Notes: generated by a model not told the origin, from the letters alone. A DNA stretch of 64,000 nt from a candidate division FCPU426 bacterium (GCA_963840035.1 CAWIXE010000003.1:288001-352000); one strand, 5' to 3'; positions 20,297 through 30,386 are shown, numbered from the stretch's first letter. Translations and numbers: made by a program.

Positions 20297-20487
20297 TAAG
20301 TCAGGTAACGTTGTTGTGTTGTTGTCATTGCGAGGAACCGTATTTGGCCTATGGTGACGAAGCAATCTGGTTCGTCCTAAAGACAGCGAGATTGCCATTC
20401 GACGGGGCTCATGGTTCTGAGCTTGCCGAAGAACTTCGTCGGCAGAAAACTAAAAACGCCTCCTCGCAATGACATCCAAAATCTGAC

Positions 20488-20994
20488 CTAAAACTCCGGC
20501 CTGTCGCCCGGAGGCATGGGCCTGCCGCCTTTTCCATACGGTTTAAAATCCTTCATTTTACTTTCCATTTTATCTTTCATCATTTTCTGCTGTTGTTTTG
20601 TAAGTATGGACTTCATCTTCAGCATGTTCCTCGTCTGGTGCGTAAGCATCTGCTTATGGCCCTGCGCGATCTTTTCAATAATGGCGTCGAGCTTCTCTTC
20701 CGAGGGTTTATCTTTATCCATCTCATCGCGCATGGCATCCATGTTCTTTATGGTTTCCTTCCGGAACTTTTCTTCCACGGGCTTTGATTCCTTTTCCAGG
20801 GCTTTGAGCTTTTCAAACTGCTCGCCCGAGAGGTTTAACTCGACAGCCAAGTTCAGTATTGACGGCGGGCCTGACGGGCCGCCCATCATGGGGCTCATTC
20901 CCTGGCCCGGCGGCGGGGCTTGCGGCGGTCCGGCAATGACAAAGGGTGCAATCAGGAACAAAGGCAAAAGCGCGATGACAAGTTTCTTTTTCAT
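20488..20994 (-). CDS. Spy/CpxP-like periplasmic chaperone / metal sensor
   Basis: Signal peptide, Met/Pro-rich N-terminus, ELNLSGEQ and ILTKQQ (LTxxQ) motifs. Confidence 0.8.
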   Translation of the reverse strand: MKKKLVIALLPLFLIAPFVIAGPPQAPPPGQGMSPMMGGPSGPPSILNLAVELNLSGEQFEKLKALEKESKPVEEKFRKETIKNMDAMRDEMDKDKPSEEKLDAIIEKIAQGHKQMLTHQTRNMLKMKSILTKQQQKMMKDKMESKMKDFKPYGKGGRPMPPGDRPEF

Positions 20995-21419
20995 TTTACG
21001 CCTCCCAGGGAGAGTATGTTTGTCTTATCGACATAGTTTTCCTTATAATAATCATAATCGTAAAGGGTGTTGTAAGTATTATATACAAAGGAAGAAACCT
21101 GCTCTTTATTGGCGGAGGAATTTTTGACGTTGATTATTATTACCGCTGAAAAGACGATTACAAGCGCAAAGGCGCCGGCAAAGACCGGCTTAAAGGAAAA
21201 CTTCGCGGCGGGTTTTGCGGCGGCCGCGGATTTAAGCCGCGGGTTAAACAACGGCGGTTCAGCCAGCGTGGATTTAAACGCGTGACTTATGGCTGAAATC
21301 CTTTTATAAGCCTCACCGCAGGCAGGGCAGGACTGAAGGTGTTTTTCTATTTCGGCTTTTTTAGCAGGGGGCTCCTCGTTTTTAAGGTAAAAATAGAGTT
21401 CGTCATCATGATAATGCAT
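20991..21419 (-). CDS. zf-HC2 anti-sigma factor
   Basis: HLQSCPAC (HxxxCxxC), single TM. Confidence 0.85.
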   Translation of the reverse strand: MHYHDDELYFYLKNEEPPAKKAEIEKHLQSCPACGEAYKRISAISHAFKSTLAEPPLFNPRLKSAAAAKPAAKFSFKPVFAGAFALVIVFSAVIIINVKNSSANKEQVSSFVYNTYNTLYDYDYYKENYVDKTNILSLGGVK

Positions 21420-21900
21420 TTGTTTTTGCCTCCTTTTTAAGCGTTTCCGACATTTTCTTTATGCCCCGGCTTATCCTTGATTTTATGGTGCCGGTGTTGG
21501 TCCGGAGTATTTCCGATATTTCTTTCTGGGAAAATCCGCCTATCTCGTAGAGTATTATCGCGGTTTTCGCGTCCGGGTCAAGCGTGGATAAGAGCGATTC
21601 CAAAAGCATGGCGTCATCGCCTTTCCAGGCCTCAGGGCGAAGGTCATTTACGCTCTTTTCAGTCCTGGACTGCTGGGACTGTTGCTTCCGTATGTAATCA
21701 ATCGACTGGTTTATGGCCATCCTGTATATGTATGTTTTAATTGAAGAATCCCCTTTAAAAGAACCGATGGTATTTTGCAGTTTTATAAATACCTCATGGG
21801 TGACGTCTTCGGCGTCATTTTTGTTGCCCAGCATCCTGTAGGCTATGTTATACACGTACTTTCCGTGTTCCGCGTATATCTGTTCTATGGGGCCGCTCAT
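21406..21900 (-). CDS. ECF RNA polymerase sigma factor
   Basis: DAEDVTHEVF, TYIYRMAIN, EISEIL..GTIKSRISRG. Confidence 0.93.
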   Translation of the reverse strand: MSGPIEQIYAEHGKYVYNIAYRMLGNKNDAEDVTHEVFIKLQNTIGSFKGDSSIKTYIYRMAINQSIDYIRKQQSQQSRTEKSVNDLRPEAWKGDDAMLLESLLSTLDPDAKTAIILYEIGGFSQKEISEILRTNTGTIKSRISRGIKKMSETLKKEAKTNALS

Positions 21901-21920
21901 GTCATCTCCTTCTCCTGCAG

Positions 21921-21951
21921 ATTAGACGGTTACAAATGGCTTGAGGTTGCA
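21921..21951 (-). promoter_or_regulatory. Putative ECF promoter of the sigma/anti-sigma/Spy operon
   Basis: Minus strand TGCAAC-N17-CGTCTAAT. Confidence 0.65.
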
Positions 21952-22110
21952 TTGTAGGGGACGCGCTCCCGCGCGTCCCGAATGGCATTTTTTATTATCT
22001 TATAACCCGCAGGCAACCCGCCCCCGGTTGTTTCCGTCTAATGTTTATGATTGTAACACAATACTGCAGGCAATGCCGGTTCGGGACGCGCGGGAGCGCG
22101 TCCCCTACAA
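21952..22110. repeat. REPIN family F inverted pair: GTAGGGGACGCGCTCCCGCGCGTCCCGAA
   Basis: About 32-bp perfect inverted arms at 21952-21983 and 22080-22110. Confidence 0.9.
22012..22042 (+). promoter_or_regulatory. Putative ECF promoter of flgD
   Basis: GGCAAC-N17-CGTCTAAT, same architecture as the divergent copy. Confidence 0.65.
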
Positions 22111-22142
22111 GTGGCAAATAATAAAAGAAAGGAGGTGAACAA

Positions 22143-22694
22143 ATGAGCATATCAGGAGTGACATCAGCTTCAAGTTACCTGACCTCGCTTTATTCAACAT
22201 CGTCATCCACATCCGCTTCAAGCACGTCTTCGGATACAAGCACGGCATCCTCAGTCAGCACCGACACGACATCCGATTACGTGGCAAACCCGGACGGGGA
22301 ACTGAGCAAGGACGATTTTTTGCAGATGTTAATCACGAAACTCAAGTACCAGGACCCGTTAAGCGTGGATGACACTGACATGACAGCGTCCATGGCGCAG
22401 TACTCGCAGCTCGAGACGTCCCAGAACTCCAATACTTTAATGGAGGAGATGAGCGCGAAAATTGACGACATGAACACGAACTTTGTTTCGCAGATGGCGC
22501 TGTCAAACACGGGGCAGGCGGTTTCGCTCGCGGGCAAGTCGGTCAATGTCCAGGTTACGGACACGGACGGAAACGTGACGGAAAACGTCACGGGAACGGT
22601 TTCAACCGTAAAGTTTGTGGACGGGGTACCCATGCTGGTCATAGACGGCACGGAGTACAGCATGTCAGACGTGGTGGAAGTTTACGCGTCATGA
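22143..22694 (+). CDS. flgD: Flagellar hook capping protein FlgD-like (orphan)
   Basis: LSKDDFLQMLITKLKYQDPL, MAQYSQLE, AVSLAGKSV; Ser/Thr-rich N-terminus. Confidence 0.85.
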   Translation: MSISGVTSASSYLTSLYSTSSSTSASSTSSDTSTASSVSTDTTSDYVANPDGELSKDDFLQMLITKLKYQDPLSVDDTDMTASMAQYSQLETSQNSNTLMEEMSAKIDDMNTNFVSQMALSNTGQAVSLAGKSVNVQVTDTDGNVTENVTGTVSTVKFVDGVPMLVIDGTEYSMSDVVEVYAS

Positions 22695-22762
22695 GATTTT
22701 AGGGAAGATATCCGGACCTGTACGGGGGATGTCTCCTTTCTCCAAAGCAGCATCCTGACGCG

Positions 22763-22794
22763 GCGGGCGGGCATAAAAGCCCCGCCCGCTTTTT
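22763..22794 (+). terminator. Intrinsic terminator after flgD
   Basis: GC-rich hairpin followed by a T-run. Confidence 0.7.
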
Positions 22795-22955
22795 GGTTTT
22801 ATATGCAGGTAGCCGCAACCTTTAGGTTGCGTAAGGCCGGAATTGCGCGGCATGAAGGCTGAGACTGCCACGACTAACAGCCGCCAAAAACGGCGATAAG
22901 ATTGGATTCTTTGTGTTATAATTATTACAAATATATCAGCGGGGTGCGGAACGTA

Positions 22956-23510
22956 ATGAAAATAGCTTCAAATCCATATTTTAAACAGGTCCTTACCGGG
23001 ATCCTGGCCGGGGTTATCATGGCTGCCGCCGGATTTATCTGGGTAGGGTTCGCGGCGCGGTTTATTTTTTCCACAATGTCTCCCGCCGTAGTTGCGGTAC
23101 TGTCATTTGGAAATATGGCTGTATATGTTATTGAAACGGTAATTATCCTTATCCTGGTTTGCTGGCTGCCGTTTTATTTTAAGGCGAACCGTCTGATAAA
23201 AGCAGTTGTTTTTTATCTTATATTCCCCTTGCTATGGATCATGGCGATTTGCGCGGTTTTGTATGGCAAAGTGCTGCCGCAGGATATTTTATCCGCAATA
23301 AATAACAGGTCAACAATGGAAATCCCCATTTACGGCGGGGCAACGGCTATACCCGTGATTGCCGTATTATATTATTATTTTAAGCACTTCAGAGAAAAGC
23401 TTACAGAAGCAGTGACGCTGTCCTGTATTTTTACTGCAATGAACCTGTCTTTTTATACGTTCTTAAACGCGCTTATTTTGGCGTGCGTGTATTTCGGGGA
23501 GTGTGCGTGA
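22956..23510 (+). CDS. Multi-pass membrane hypothetical protein
   Basis: About 5 hydrophobic segments. Confidence 0.65.
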   Translation: MKIASNPYFKQVLTGILAGVIMAAAGFIWVGFAARFIFSTMSPAVVAVLSFGNMAVYVIETVIILILVCWLPFYFKANRLIKAVVFYLIFPLLWIMAICAVLYGKVLPQDILSAINNRSTMEIPIYGGATAIPVIAVLYYYFKHFREKLTEAVTLSCIFTAMNLSFYTFLNALILACVYFGECA

Positions 23511-23968
23511 TGGCCGGGAAATTACTAATGATAGCGCCGTGCGGCATGAACTGCGGCACTTGTATGGCTTTCTTACGGGTTAAGAACCACTGCCCCGGAT
23601 GCAGGGGCCCAAAAGGGCAAAAACCCGGCGGATGCGCGAAGTGCATAGTTTATAACTGTAAAAAACTGAAAGATAAAAAAAGCGGTTTTTGTTTCAGCTG
23701 CCCGGATTTCCCGTGCCGCAGGGTAAAAGCCCTGGATAAAAGATACTCCACAAAATACAACACCAGTTTTATCGCGAACCTTAAGTTTATCGAGGAAAAA
23801 GGGCTGGTTAAGTTCCTGAAAGCCGAAACAAATAAATGGAAATGCAAAAAGTGCGGGGGAGCGATATGCTGCCATACGGGCGAATGTTCCGTCTGCGGCC
23901 CTCACACAAATCATGTGGTATATTATAAAGACAGGAAACAGGCTAAAGCCAAAAATATAAAGCCCTGA
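23510..23968 (+). CDS. DUF3795 Cys-rich protein
   Basis: IAPCGMNCGTC, CPGC, FCFSCPDFPC, C-terminal CxxC pairs. Confidence 0.85.
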   Translation: MAGKLLMIAPCGMNCGTCMAFLRVKNHCPGCRGPKGQKPGGCAKCIVYNCKKLKDKKSGFCFSCPDFPCRRVKALDKRYSTKYNTSFIANLKFIEEKGLVKFLKAETNKWKCKKCGGAICCHTGECSVCGPHTNHVVYYKDRKQAKAKNIKP

Positions 23969-24055
23969 ATTTGATTTTTAATGATTTCGTGTATATAATT
24001 ATGCTGTAAACATTAACCGCGCTAAAATCCCGACTAAAAATGTTTAACAACATTC

Positions 24056-25030
24056 ATGAGGGATGCCATGTTCAAATTTTTGAAGGATTTCGGGGGCTAT
24101 ATAGACAGGTATTTTAGCCCTGATTATAACCTTGAGTCTGATTCGATTAACGTAAAAAAGGGCATAGACTGGTTTTCCACACTTCCTTTTATCATTCTTC
24201 ATCTCGGTTGTTTCGGGGTCATATGGGTGGGTTGGAGCCCTTTTGCCGTATGGTTCGCGGTTATTTTCTATCTTATCCGCATGTTTGGCATTACTGCATG
24301 CTATCACCGCTATTTCTCCCACCACGCCTTTAAGGCAAACCGTTTTTTTTCGTTTCTGATGGCGGCCCTGGGGGCATCCGCGGTGCAAAAAGGGCCGCTC
24401 TGGTGGGCGGCGATACACAGGCACCACCACATGTACGCTGACACTGAAAAGGATGTGCACTCCCCCAAGATGCGGGGGTTCTGGTGGAGCCATATAGGCT
24501 GGGTCATGGCAACTGAAAACAGGAGGACGCGCATAGAATACCTGAAAGACTGGCTGAAATTCCCGGAGCTGGTATTCCTGGATAAATTTTCCGGGGCGAT
24601 ACCGTTTATAGTTGGGTACCTGGTTTACTTGACCGGAGTTTTGCTGTCACGTTACGCGCCGGGACTGCACACCAGCGGAGGCCAGCTGCTGGTATGGGGA
24701 TTTTTCATATCAACTGTATTTTGCAGCCACATGACATTTTCCATAAATTCCTTCGACCACATGTACGGTAGCCGCAGATACGAGATGACAAACACGAGCC
24801 GCAATAACTGGTTTTTTGCCATATTGACACTGGGGGAAGGGTGGCATAACAACCACCACCATTACGCGACCACGGCAAAGGCCGGATTTTTCTGGTGGGA
24901 GATAGACATCACGTATTATATACTCGTGTTCCTGTCATGGTTTAAAATAGTAACGGACCTCCGGCCGCTGCCGGATGATGTACGCGACTCAGACCTGGTA
25001 AAACCAAAACAGGCAGCCACGCCGCAGTAA
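24056..25030 (+). CDS. Delta-9 acyl-CoA/lipid desaturase
   Basis: His boxes HRYFSH, HRHHH, GEGWHNNHH; WWEID. Confidence 0.93.
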   Translation: MRDAMFKFLKDFGGYIDRYFSPDYNLESDSINVKKGIDWFSTLPFIILHLGCFGVIWVGWSPFAVWFAVIFYLIRMFGITACYHRYFSHHAFKANRFFSFLMAALGASAVQKGPLWWAAIHRHHHMYADTEKDVHSPKMRGFWWSHIGWVMATENRRTRIEYLKDWLKFPELVFLDKFSGAIPFIVGYLVYLTGVLLSRYAPGLHTSGGQLLVWGFFISTVFCSHMTFSINSFDHMYGSRRYEMTNTSRNNWFFAILTLGEGWHNNHHHYATTAKAGFFWWEIDITYYILVFLSWFKIVTDLRPLPDDVRDSDLVKPKQAATPQ

Positions 25031-25094
25031 TACTTTCCATTGGCCCGTCATTATGGTAATCTGATTAAGAAAAATAATCTTAACCGGAGGCGCC

Positions 25095-25781
25095 ATGGAT
25101 AAGAAGGAATTCAAGGGTTTTTCACCAAAGACAACCGCGTTTTTCAAAGGCATACGGGATAACAACAACAAACCGTGGTTTGAGGCGCATAAGCAGGACT
25201 ATATAAATTACGCCCTTAATCCCGCGCGCGACCTGGCTTTTGACCTCTCTGACGCAATGCACGCCATAGACCCTCAAATGTTAACCAATCCGGCAAAGAT
25301 AGTCTCAAGGATATACAGGGATGTCCGTTTTTCAAAAGATAAATCACCGTACAAGTCACGCCTGTTCTTTTCATATAAAAGGCCCGGCGACGACTGGATG
25401 GACGCGCCGGGGTTTTATTTTGAAGTGGGCCACGACGGTTACAGTTTCGGCATGGGCATATACCAGGCGTCGGCGCAGAGCATGAAAAAATTCAGGCAGA
25501 TGCTGGAAGACAACCCGGCTGAGTTCCTAAAAGCCACGGCTTTCTACAGGAAAAAAGGGTGCGCATTCTCGCTCGGCGGGGATAAATACAAAAGGCCGAA
25601 GGGCCAGGCAAAAGACAAAAGGCTTGCTGAGTGGTATGCCATGAAAAACTTCTACTTTTTCTGTGAAAGAAAAGCTGATAAGGCCCTGTATAGCCCGAAG
25701 CTGGAGGATATGGTAAGGGAAGGTTACAAAAAGCTCGCGCCGCTGTATAAATATTTATGGAGACTTAAAGGGCAGTCATAA
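25095..25781 (+). CDS. DUF2461 family protein
   Basis: NNNKPWFEAHK, RIYRDVRFSKDKSPYK. Confidence 0.92.
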   Translation: MDKKEFKGFSPKTTAFFKGIRDNNNKPWFEAHKQDYINYALNPARDLAFDLSDAMHAIDPQMLTNPAKIVSRIYRDVRFSKDKSPYKSRLFFSYKRPGDDWMDAPGFYFEVGHDGYSFGMGIYQASAQSMKKFRQMLEDNPAEFLKATAFYRKKGCAFSLGGDKYKRPKGQAKDKRLAEWYAMKNFYFFCERKADKALYSPKLEDMVREGYKKLAPLYKYLWRLKGQS

Positions 25782-25877
25782 GTGATCCGGTTTCCGGTTG
25801 AAAAAACTATCCGCAAACCTTATAATTAAATATAATGATATTAGGGATAAATCACCGCTAATCCAAAAGGAGTTACC

Positions 25878-26420
25878 ATGGAAAATGACAGCAAATCCAC
25901 AGAAACAATTCCAATCCCGCCGCAACCCGCGGCGCCTGGACTCGTCCAGCCAAATGGAGATAAGCCCATAGGCGGGTGGCTTATACTGCTTGCAATCGGG
26001 TTTATATTAAGCCCGCTATTGATAGGATACAACGTTTACGCGAACATACTGCCGGCTTTCAAGCCGGAGACCATACAGCTTATGACGGCGCCCGGTACCG
26101 AGTATTACAACCCAATGCTCTTTAATGTGATAATTTTTGAGCTGGTTTTTGACGTGATTTTATTCGCGGCATTCATATTTCTTCTGGTCCTGTTCTTTAA
26201 AAAGTCAAAGCATTTCCCCCTGGCTTTTATAATTATTTACATTTTTAATTTTGCGGGTATAACACTTGATACTTTTTGGGCGCATTACGCGCAAAATCTT
26301 GTGCCGGTTTATAAGGCGGATATGGATTTAAAGGATGTTGTTCAACAGGCGGTTTACTGCTGCATATGGGTGCCTTATATAATCGTGTCCAAGAGGGTGA
26401 AGGAAACGTTTGTGAAGTGA
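25878..26420 (+). CDS. DUF2569 membrane protein, copy 1
   Basis: IGGWLILLAIG ... IWVPYIIVSKRVKETFVK. Confidence 0.88.
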   Translation: MENDSKSTETIPIPPQPAAPGLVQPNGDKPIGGWLILLAIGFILSPLLIGYNVYANILPAFKPETIQLMTAPGTEYYNPMLFNVIIFELVFDVILFAAFIFLLVLFFKKSKHFPLAFIIIYIFNFAGITLDTFWAHYAQNLVPVYKADMDLKDVVQQAVYCCIWVPYIIVSKRVKETFVK

Positions 26421-26544
26421 GTGGTGGGTAGTATGTGGTTAGTAGCGGGAGGCTCAAGGTTCAATAGCTCAAGGGTGGTCTGGATTTTGTCCGGTTGCAT
26501 GGCACATAGCAGGGCCAGCCTCGAAAGGATATAAGGAGAATAGC

Positions 26545-27066
26545 TTGGATAATGAAATTAAACAGTCAGAATCACTAGACGAACCCATACCTCCGGCAGC
26601 GCCCGAAAAGCGCATTGGCGGGTGGCTCATACTTCTTGCCATAGGCATGGTGGCCAGTCCTTTTTTTATGCTGAAGGTTATTTTTAAGGGCCTGCTCCCG
26701 GTTTTAACGCCTGAGATGGCAAAACAGCTCACGGATGCGGCATCGCTTTATTACAACCCGGGGCTGTATTACTTATTTTGTTTTGAACTCGGGTATAATA
26801 CGCTCATGGTTTTCGCGTTTGTTTACCTGATAGTCATATTTTTCAGGAAACAGAAGGAATTTCCGAAGGCGTTTATAATCATATTCCTGATAAACCTGTT
26901 TGTTATAGGTATTGAAACAGTAGCCCCGCAGTTGATGACACATACGGTAAACGCGTATAACGCTGAGATAAACTACAGGGGAATAATTAAACAGGTTATA
27001 GTCTGCGCTGTATGGATTCCTTACATGATAATGTCGAAAAGGGTGAAGGAAACGTTCGTGAAGTGA
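26545..27066 (+). CDS. DUF2569 membrane protein, copy 2
   Basis: IGGWLILLAIG ... VWIPYMIMSKRVKETFVK; TTG start after AAGGAG. Confidence 0.88.
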   Translation: MDNEIKQSESLDEPIPPAAPEKRIGGWLILLAIGMVASPFFMLKVIFKGLLPVLTPEMAKQLTDAASLYYNPGLYYLFCFELGYNTLMVFAFVYLIVIFFRKQKEFPKAFIIIFLINLFVIGIETVAPQLMTHTVNAYNAEINYRGIIKQVIVCAVWIPYMIMSKRVKETFVK

Positions 27067-27274
27067 GTGGTGGGTAGTGGGTGGTGAGTAGCGGGAGGAA
27101 GGATTAAGGCCGGGTTTAGATCTTTGTAGGGGCGAGTCCAGTTACACTGGACATGGCCGGTGGCTCGCCCGCAGCGAGGGTCGTAAATGCGGCCTTAAGT
27201 TCTAAGGCCGGGCGAGCCACCGGCTCGCCCCTACGAGAACAGGAAACAAGAATAAAACCAGGGGGATTAGTTTT

Positions 27275-27856
27275 ATGAAGATCAAATACAAAGCAATCGG
27301 CATATGCGGGTTATCGTGCAGGCTTTGTCCCAGTTTTAACACGGACGCCAAGAGCAGGTGTTATGGGTGTAAAAGTTCGGACCGAATGGCTGTCGGGTGC
27401 CCTTTTATTACGTGCGCGATAAAGAAGAAGGGCGTGGAGTTTTGCTGGGAATGCGCGGATAAAAAAACATGTAAACTGTGGAAGAACCACAGGGCCGCGG
27501 GGAAGAAGGGCGACTCTTTTAAGTGCTATCAAAAACTGGAAGATGACATATCATATATAGAAAAGCATGGCGTGATAAAGTTTGAAAAAACGCAGAAGGC
27601 CAGGGAAAAACTGCTGAAAAAAATGTTGGAAGGGTATAATGAAAGCAGGTCAAAAAGTTATTACTGCATAGCCGCCACTGTCGTGGAGATAAAGGAACTT
27701 GAAGCCATTCTTGGGGAAGCGGATAAAAAAAGCAAGGCAATGGGATTAAAGCAGAGGTCAATGACGCTGCATGGCATGCTCAATGATATTGCGGCAAAGA
27801 AAAAATATATTTTGAAACTAAGAAAACAGGACAGTAAATCAATAAAAAGGGGATAG
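27275..27856 (+). CDS. DUF3795 Cys-rich protein, second subtype
   Basis: GICGLSCRLCP, CYGC, EFCWEC, RSKSYYCIA. Confidence 0.85.
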   Translation: MKIKYKAIGICGLSCRLCPSFNTDAKSRCYGCKSSDRMAVGCPFITCAIKKKGVEFCWECADKKTCKLWKNHRAAGKKGDSFKCYQKLEDDISYIEKHGVIKFEKTQKAREKLLKKMLEGYNESRSKSYYCIAATVVEIKELEAILGEADKKSKAMGLKQRSMTLHGMLNDIAAKKKYILKLRKQDSKSIKRG

Positions 27857-27857
27857 A

Positions 27858-29156
27858 ATGAAAAAAATATTACTATTCTGCTTATTCTGCTCGGTATTTA
27901 TATTTACAATTTCTATGAATACAAGCGCCGCCGGCGGGGATGCCATGATCAGCGTGTGCAGGGAGCTGGATGCCGCGCTCCACGAAACACAGGACCTGGC
28001 AGCGGCCGCGGCTGTGTGTGTGAAGGTGAAAAAACTGAAAGCGCCGGGCAAAGGGTGCACGGAATTCGCCGCGGATACCGCAGCAATGATATCCCGGTTC
28101 AGGGAATATAACGGCGAGCCGCTTAAGATGTACTTCCTGGCTGACGGCATCAAATTCATGCCCCAGGAAGGCAGGCGCATACAGAGATTGGCGCTGCTTA
28201 ATGATATCATAGAAAAATACCCGGATTCGGGGCTTGTACCATATGCCCACTACCTGCTGGCGGAGTATTATCACGGCCGTATGACCGGCGATTATGGCTC
28301 TGAAGCCGCGCAGGACCCGCGCAATGCCGAAGAGGCGCTCGCGCATTTATCCATAATAACGGAAAAATATAAGGCTGTAAAAGCCATGTATGGAATAGGC
28401 ATCATTGGAATGAAGCAGGACACAACGCTGGCTGTCATGTCGCTTTTTAACATGGCAAATATATACGTTAAAAAAGAAAAGATACAGGAAGCTGAAAAGG
28501 CACTCTATGGAATAATAGACAATTACGGCAATGAAAAAGACGCTGAAGGTATCCCTTTTAAAATTGACGCCTACGTGCAGATGCTCCAGCTGTACGCCGG
28601 CTGGATGGCGGGCGTAAAAATAGCCCCGGAAAACGCGGAAAAAGTAAGAAAAATAAGCGCGGTTCTGCTGGCAATGCCAGAAAGCAAGTACCTCTCTTTT
28701 TATTACAGGGCAACAGGAATGGGCAGCGCGCACGCGGAGTGCTTGATGGCGCTGGCGCAGCTGGATAATGACATAACATATTATGAAAAGATAATAGCTG
28801 AAATGGGCGATAAACGCACAGGCCCATACGCTTCCGAGAATACTTCATGCGGGGTTATAGCTCTGGCCGAATTGAAAAAAGTAACAATCAGCCCGGACAA
28901 AAAAATAGCCACCTATATAGCCCTTGCAGGCAAGACAAAAAGCAGTTATATGAAAGCGGACCTGCACATGCTGATAGCACAGACATACAGGGATGAAATA
29001 AAAGACCCGCAGGCGGCCCTGGATGAGTACCAGTACGTAGCCGACAACTTCAAAATCCCCTACCCCGACCCGGAAGCCCTGGGCCATGGCGAGGGATACG
29101 CGGATACGGCGAAAGAGATGATAGGTAAGATAAGGGAAGAGATGAAGAAAAAATAA
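27858..29156 (+). CDS. Secreted TPR-like repeat protein
   Basis: Signal peptide; IIEKYPDS, IIDNYG, VADNF TPR-end motifs. Confidence 0.65.
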   Translation: MKKILLFCLFCSVFIFTISMNTSAAGGDAMISVCRELDAALHETQDLAAAAAVCVKVKKLKAPGKGCTEFAADTAAMISRFREYNGEPLKMYFLADGIKFMPQEGRRIQRLALLNDIIEKYPDSGLVPYAHYLLAEYYHGRMTGDYGSEAAQDPRNAEEALAHLSIITEKYKAVKAMYGIGIIGMKQDTTLAVMSLFNMANIYVKKEKIQEAEKALYGIIDNYGNEKDAEGIPFKIDAYVQMLQLYAGWMAGVKIAPENAEKVRKISAVLLAMPESKYLSFYYRATGMGSAHAECLMALAQLDNDITYYEKIIAEMGDKRTGPYASENTSCGVIALAELKKVTISPDKKIATYIALAGKTKSSYMKADLHMLIAQTYRDEIKDPQAALDEYQYVADNFKIPYPDPEALGHGEGYADTAKEMIGKIREEMKKK

Positions 29157-29209
29157 CTGCCGTACTTTGGGTATGTCCCTAAAGCGTGCAATGTAAAGGG
29201 GGGGAATAA

Positions 29210-29683
29210 ATGGATTCAAAGTTGTATGGTCCACGGAGCATAACGCCGGAACAAGCAGCTGAATTTAAGAGCGCAATTGGGATGGGGGTTATCAGGGTTA
29301 TTTTTCTTTCAACGTGGGCGTGTATGGCTGTGTTTTTTGGAGTACTTGTTGTTGCAAATCCGGTTACATTTCAGGCGTTAGCAATTTCCGCGGCGACGGT
29401 TGTGTTTTTAATTACCTGTTTTTCCCTTGTCATGATGGATAAGCTGTTATCAAAAATATGGTCAATCCTGCTTCTCGTTTTTTCCCTGCTTTTTCTGGCT
29501 CTCACAAGCGCGTCCATCCCCATCCAAAAAATGGAACTCTACCACCAGGCATACGCGAGGGAGATACTGGATTTTGCCACTGGTTTCACATTTGCTTTCA
29601 TATTGGTATTCCTTACCATGGTATTCATAGTGCCGATAGTGCTAAAATTGATACGGGTCATAAACTCAAAGCGTGAAGAATAG
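29210..29683 (+). CDS. Membrane hypothetical protein
   Basis: Four hydrophobic segments. Confidence 0.6.
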   Translation: MDSKLYGPRSITPEQAAEFKSAIGMGVIRVIFLSTWACMAVFFGVLVVANPVTFQALAISAATVVFLITCFSLVMMDKLLSKIWSILLLVFSLLFLALTSASIPIQKMELYHQAYAREILDFATGFTFAFILVFLTMVFIVPIVLKLIRVINSKREE

Positions 29684-29686
29684 GCC

Positions 29687-30258
29687 ATGGAAAAGCCATC
29701 AAAGTTATTTTTATGGTTAAGAAAATTAGACGTAAAAGAACTTGTTAAAGCCGCGCTCATAATCGCGGCGCTGGTTGTCAATTACAGGCTGATACCATAT
29801 ATCTTTCCGACAATAAACCGGATTATCAGACGCAGATAGCAACTATTGACCTGATAGTCTACGCCCTGCTAACGGCATATTTTTTGTTGATACCTTCAGT
29901 TAACAGGCTGTTAAAAGCAGTAGTCATGATAGTGCCCCTGGGCCTGCTGGTATATTTTTGTTTTATTGAGTTTTCAACCAAAAGTTTTATCTTCCCGGTA
30001 TTTATAAACCTTGCCTACTTTTACACGCAAAGGGCGATAAGCAGGGACACCAAAGTAATGTTATTCACCATAATAGTACCGGCGCTGCTTGTCCTGGCGA
30101 TGTTATTTGTAAGCCCGCAGTTCTGGGAGGATGAAATATACCGGGGAAGGTTCAATATATACCTGCCTTTTGAACTAGTGAAGGCTATAGCGTCCGTAGA
30201 TGTTGTTGTCTGCCTGTGTGTTTGGTTCTTTAATAAAAGGAAAGTAATTCAAGGATAA
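29687..30258 (+). pseudogene. Membrane protein split by a frameshift near 29815 (or assembly error)
   Basis: MEKPSKLFLW...IFPTIN (stop 29839) continues in another frame as PDYQTIATIDLIVYALL-like sequence into ORF 29884-30258. Confidence 0.55.
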
Positions 30259-30266
30259 TCACGGAG

Positions 30267-30313
30267 ATTGTCAACGCAGATTTGGTGCCTGACACCAAAA
30301 CTGCGTTGACAAT
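30267..30313. repeat. Transposase-associated palindrome, copy 1
   Basis: ATTGTCAACGCAGATTTGGTGCCTGACACCAAAACTGCGTTGACAAT. Confidence 0.9.
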
Positions 30314-30386
30314 GGACAAATATAATACTTGAAAAAAATTGTGCAATTCTGTAATATATCGCAAATAAAACAAATAGAGGGGTTTT

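Larger units (their letters stand above)
15032..20474. repeat. Palindromic element family E: TGTCATTGCGAG...CCTCGCAATGACA
   Basis: 15032-15138 and 20323-20474. Confidence 0.85.
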
